Of a stretch of 64,000 bases of DNA, positions 61,819 through 64,000 are shown piece after piece. The stretch lies in assembly GCA_902531175.1 (NCBI GenBank), contig CACADE010000004.1, forward strand, positions 1,106 through 65,105, given 5' to 3'. Below the pieces are notes generated by a model, which saw nothing but the letters and a program-made list of their open reading frames with translations, made no database searches and had not been told where the DNA came from. A program made the position numbers and the translations under genes. This DNA comes from an uncultured Pelagibacteraceae bacterium (GTDB lineage: Bacteria > Pseudomonadota > Alphaproteobacteria > Pelagibacterales > Pelagibacteraceae). Every line of letters begins with the position of its first letter. Positions within the stretch are counted from its first letter, which is position 1.

Positions 61819-62808
61819 TTATCTGCCTATTTCTGCCATTCTCTCTACAGATTTTCTTGCTTTTTGAATTGTCTCATTGTCCATTATTAATTCGTTAGTT
61901 TCATTTTCTAAACAATCTAAGATTTTGGGTAAAGTAATTCTTTTCATATGAGGACAAAGATTACATGGTCTAATAAATTCAACACTTGGATTATCAATTT
62001 GGACATTATCGCTCATCGAACATTCTGTGACCATCATAACTTTTTCTGGTTGATTATCTCTAACATATTTAATCATTCCACTTGTAGAGCCTGCAAAATC
62101 AGATGCTTGTATTACATCAGGAGGACATTCAGGATGCGCTATTATTTTTATGCCTGGATTGGCTTTTCTAATATCATTAATCTCTTGATCATTGAATTGT
62201 TCATGCACTTCACAAGTTCCCTTCCAAGAAATAATCTCTATATCGGTTTGTGACGCTACATATTTAGCTAAAAAATCATCAGGTAAAAATATTACTTTTT
62301 TTACTCCTAATGACTCTACAATTTTTACTGCATTTGCAGATGTACAGCAAATATCAGTTTCAGCTTTAACATCAGCAGATGTATTTACATATGATACCAC
62401 TGGAATACCTGGGTATTTTTTTTTGAGATTTCTAACATCATCACCTGTTATAGACGAAGATAGTGAACATCCTGCTTTCATATCTGGTAATAATACTTTT
62501 TTTTCAGGACACATTAATTTTGCAGTTTCAGCCATAAAATGAACTCCACACATTACAATGATATCTGCTTTTGTTTTTGCAGCCTCTACTGCTAACGCTA
62601 ATGAATCAGCTGAAAAATCTGAGATACCATGATATATTTCTGGTGTTTGATAATTATGAGCAAGAATTACAGCATTCTTTTTTTTTTTTAATCTATTAAT
62701 TTCATAAATGTATGGCGCATGAGTTGCCCATTCAATCTCTGGAATTTTTTTGGACACTTTATTGTAAATTGAGCTAGTAGCTTTTTTTATCTCACTTGTG
62801 AATTCCAT
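61819..62808 (-). CDS. nadA: Quinolinate synthase
   Basis: LAHNYQ, CGVHFMAE, AGCSL, SYVNTSA, HPEC, CPHMK. Confidence 0.96.
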   Translation of the reverse strand: MEFTSEIKKATSSIYNKVSKKIPEIEWATHAPYIYEINRLKKKKNAVILAHNYQTPEIYHGISDFSADSLALAVEAAKTKADIIVMCGVHFMAETAKLMCPEKKVLLPDMKAGCSLSSSITGDDVRNLKKKYPGIPVVSYVNTSADVKAETDICCTSANAVKIVESLGVKKVIFLPDDFLAKYVASQTDIEIISWKGTCEVHEQFNDQEINDIRKANPGIKIIAHPECPPDVIQASDFAGSTSGMIKYVRDNQPEKVMMVTECSMSDNVQIDNPSVEFIRPCNLCPHMKRITLPKILDCLENETNELIMDNETIQKARKSVERMAEIGR

Positions 62809-62866
62809 AAATAAAACTTATCAACTTGAATAAGAATTGTCATTCATTTAATCTGACGCATTACGA

Positions 62867-62952
62867 GCGGTCATGCTGAAATTGGTAGACAGGCACGGTT
62901 GAGGGCCGTGTGGGCTTTGCCCTTGAGAGTTCAAGTCTCTCTGACCGCACCA
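62867..62952 (+). tRNA. tRNA-Leu (GAG)
   Basis: GCGGTCA/TGACCGC acceptor stem, CACGG-TTGAGGG-CCGTG anticodon arm, long variable arm, encoded CCA. Confidence 0.95.
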
Positions 62953-62985
62953 TACAAATGATTTAAATCCTTAAATTATAAGTAT

Positions 62986-63606
62986 TTAGTATTTTCTCAG
63001 TAAAAAAATCATAGAATTACTAAAAGGATAAATTCTGCCACTAAATTTAATATCTTCAATTTTAATTGGACAATTTGATACTTCTATAAGTTTTTTTAAA
63101 CTTTTAACTGAAAAAAACTTGATATGACCATGTTTCCATAAAACACCATAATGTTTATCGTTTAAATTTAAAATGCTAATTAATAAGTTTTTAAAGTATC
63201 CATGAAATGGAGTTGAAATCAATATTAAACCATTTTTATTTGTCACTTCATTAATTTCTTTAATATATTGTAAAGGATCATATTGGTGCTCAATAACTTC
63301 AATTGATGAAATAAAGTCATACTTTATATTTTTATTTATCAGATCTTTCATTCCTGTATGTTGAAATTTTAGTTTCTCGTTCTCATATTTTTTTGCAAAA
63401 TGTATTCCTTTGTCAGAAAGATCTATACCCAGAGAGCTTTCAAAATGATTATAAATCTTAGATGTTAATGCTCCATTACCACAACCAACATCTAAATGTT
63501 TCATTTTTTTATATTCTTTTTTGTTAAGAATTTTTGATAGAGTATCAACTATATTTGGAGTATGATGTTTCTCCTCCGTCCAACTGTAATCTAAATTGTC
63601 TGTCAT
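62986..63606 (-). CDS. Class I SAM-dependent methyltransferase (UbiG/Methyltransf_23-like); start corrected to ATG 63606
   Basis: HLDVGCGNG, GIDLS, YDFISSIEVIEH.YDP, ISTPFHGY.KN, WKHGHIKFFS. Confidence 0.85.
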   Translation of the reverse strand: MTDNLDYSWTEEKHHTPNIVDTLSKILNKKEYKKMKHLDVGCGNGALTSKIYNHFESSLGIDLSDKGIHFAKKYENEKLKFQHTGMKDLINKNIKYDFISSIEVIEHQYDPLQYIKEINEVTNKNGLILISTPFHGYFKNLLISILNLNDKHYGVLWKHGHIKFFSVKSLKKLIEVSNCPIKIEDIKFSGRIYPFSNSMIFLLRKY

Positions 63607-63610
63607 AATT

Positions 63611-63870
63611 ATTTGGGGGCGTTCTGTTGCCAGGTGCCCCAAACCCCGTAACTTAATTAATAATTAATTAAGCTGCAAGTGCATAACTTTCGTTAGCATT
63701 TATAATTTTGTCCTTTTCGGTGGTACAATACCGAACGAAAGAATAGCCTTTAGTCACCCGTCGATCCTAATTCACCCCCATATTTAATTTGGTGGAGGTG
63801 GTGGGTACTGCCCCCACGTCCGTAATGGTTATTACGAAATTCATTTATCGTCATAGTTGGAAAACCAACA
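63611..63870 (-). ncRNA. ssrA: Circularly permuted two-piece tmRNA; tag ANESYALAA (63697-63668); ends approximate
   Basis: Acceptor piece ends ...GTGGGGGCAGTACCCACCACCTCCACCA at 63790; 10-nt spacer; coding piece starts GGGGGTGAATTAGGATCGAC at 63779; GCT AAC GAA AGT TAT GCA CTT GCA GCT TAA. Confidence 0.93.
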
Positions 63871-63876
63871 AATAAT

Positions 63877-63905
63877 GTATAATAATTAAATTTGATATTT
63901 TCAAT
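63877..63905 (-). promoter_or_regulatory. Putative ssrA promoter
   Basis: Minus strand TTGAAA-N17-TATACA just upstream of the acceptor piece. Confidence 0.45.
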
Positions 63906-63922
63906 ATGAAAATACTTCTAAT

Positions 63923-64000
63923 ATGAAACTAAAAGTAATTTACGACAAAACTGAAATTGGAATTAATGGAAATATTTTTAGACTTTTCCCTCATTTATTA
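63923..64000 (+). CDS. Possible CDS start, truncated by window edge, unidentified
   Basis: ATG then 26 open codons MKLKVIYDKTEIGINGNIFRLFPHLL. Confidence 0.3.
   Translation, partial: MKLKVIYDKTEIGINGNIFRLFPHLL

Noticed and set aside
2813-62542. Many 60-170 aa ORFs antisense to or overlapping core genes (e.g. 36206-36721, 42724-43041, 62192-62542)
   Set aside because: Shadow frames of well-conserved genes with no recognisable motifs.
63649-63673. Near-palindrome CTTAATTAATAATTAATTAAG
   Set aside because: It is the tmRNA helix containing the tag stop codon.
63607-63697. Possible fusion of the tmRNA tag frame with the downstream methyltransferase
   Set aside because: The tag ends in TAA and is in a different frame; the TTG extension lies within the tmRNA 3' hairpin.
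1-64000. CRISPR arrays, IS elements, integrases, prophage, att duplications at tRNAs or ssrA
   Set aside because: No spaced direct repeats, transposase or integrase ORFs, or duplicated tRNA 3' ends were found by eye.

Overview
Very AT-rich, streamlined alphaproteobacterial chromosome segment. Gene content, gene order and an orphan 5S rRNA point to Pelagibacterales (SAR11); this is inferred, not database-checked. Positions 1-13972 are the distal end of a surface-glycan island (HVR2-like): FnlA/FnlC, a GT4-GT26 fusion, further GTs, two WaaL/Wzy-like proteins, WecA, two methyltransferases and a GDP-mannose 3,5-epimerase-like enzyme, ending at a solitary 5S rRNA. The rest is mostly core genome: rpmJ, pntAAB, tRNA-fMet, rpsU, trcR, rpmE, suhB, efp, thiE, fba-pgk-gap-tkt, zapA, ygfA, ymdB, yebC, tol-pal, tilS, ftsH, folP, glmM, thiD, purA, rpoH, rluD, tRNA-Arg, an ABC-2 pair, tsaC, xseB-ispA-dxs, aroC, pdxH, ispB, sppA, glyQS, ppdK, nadCA, tRNA-Leu and a permuted tmRNA. 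Two single-gene accessory slots hold an Ig-domain autotransporter and a methyltransferase between tRNA-Leu and ssrA. Best leads: (1) a MOC1/phage-type Holliday-junction resolvase in the ruvC slot with ruvAB missing from the locus; (2) a probable AUU start for rpsU directly upstream of an initiator tRNA with only two anticodon-stem G-C pairs; (3) the GT4+GT26 fusion; (4) no room for 6S RNA at its usual zapA-ygfA site; (5) a tRNA-Arg(UCG). No CRISPR, IS or prophage was seen. All family assignments come from motif recognition by eye.
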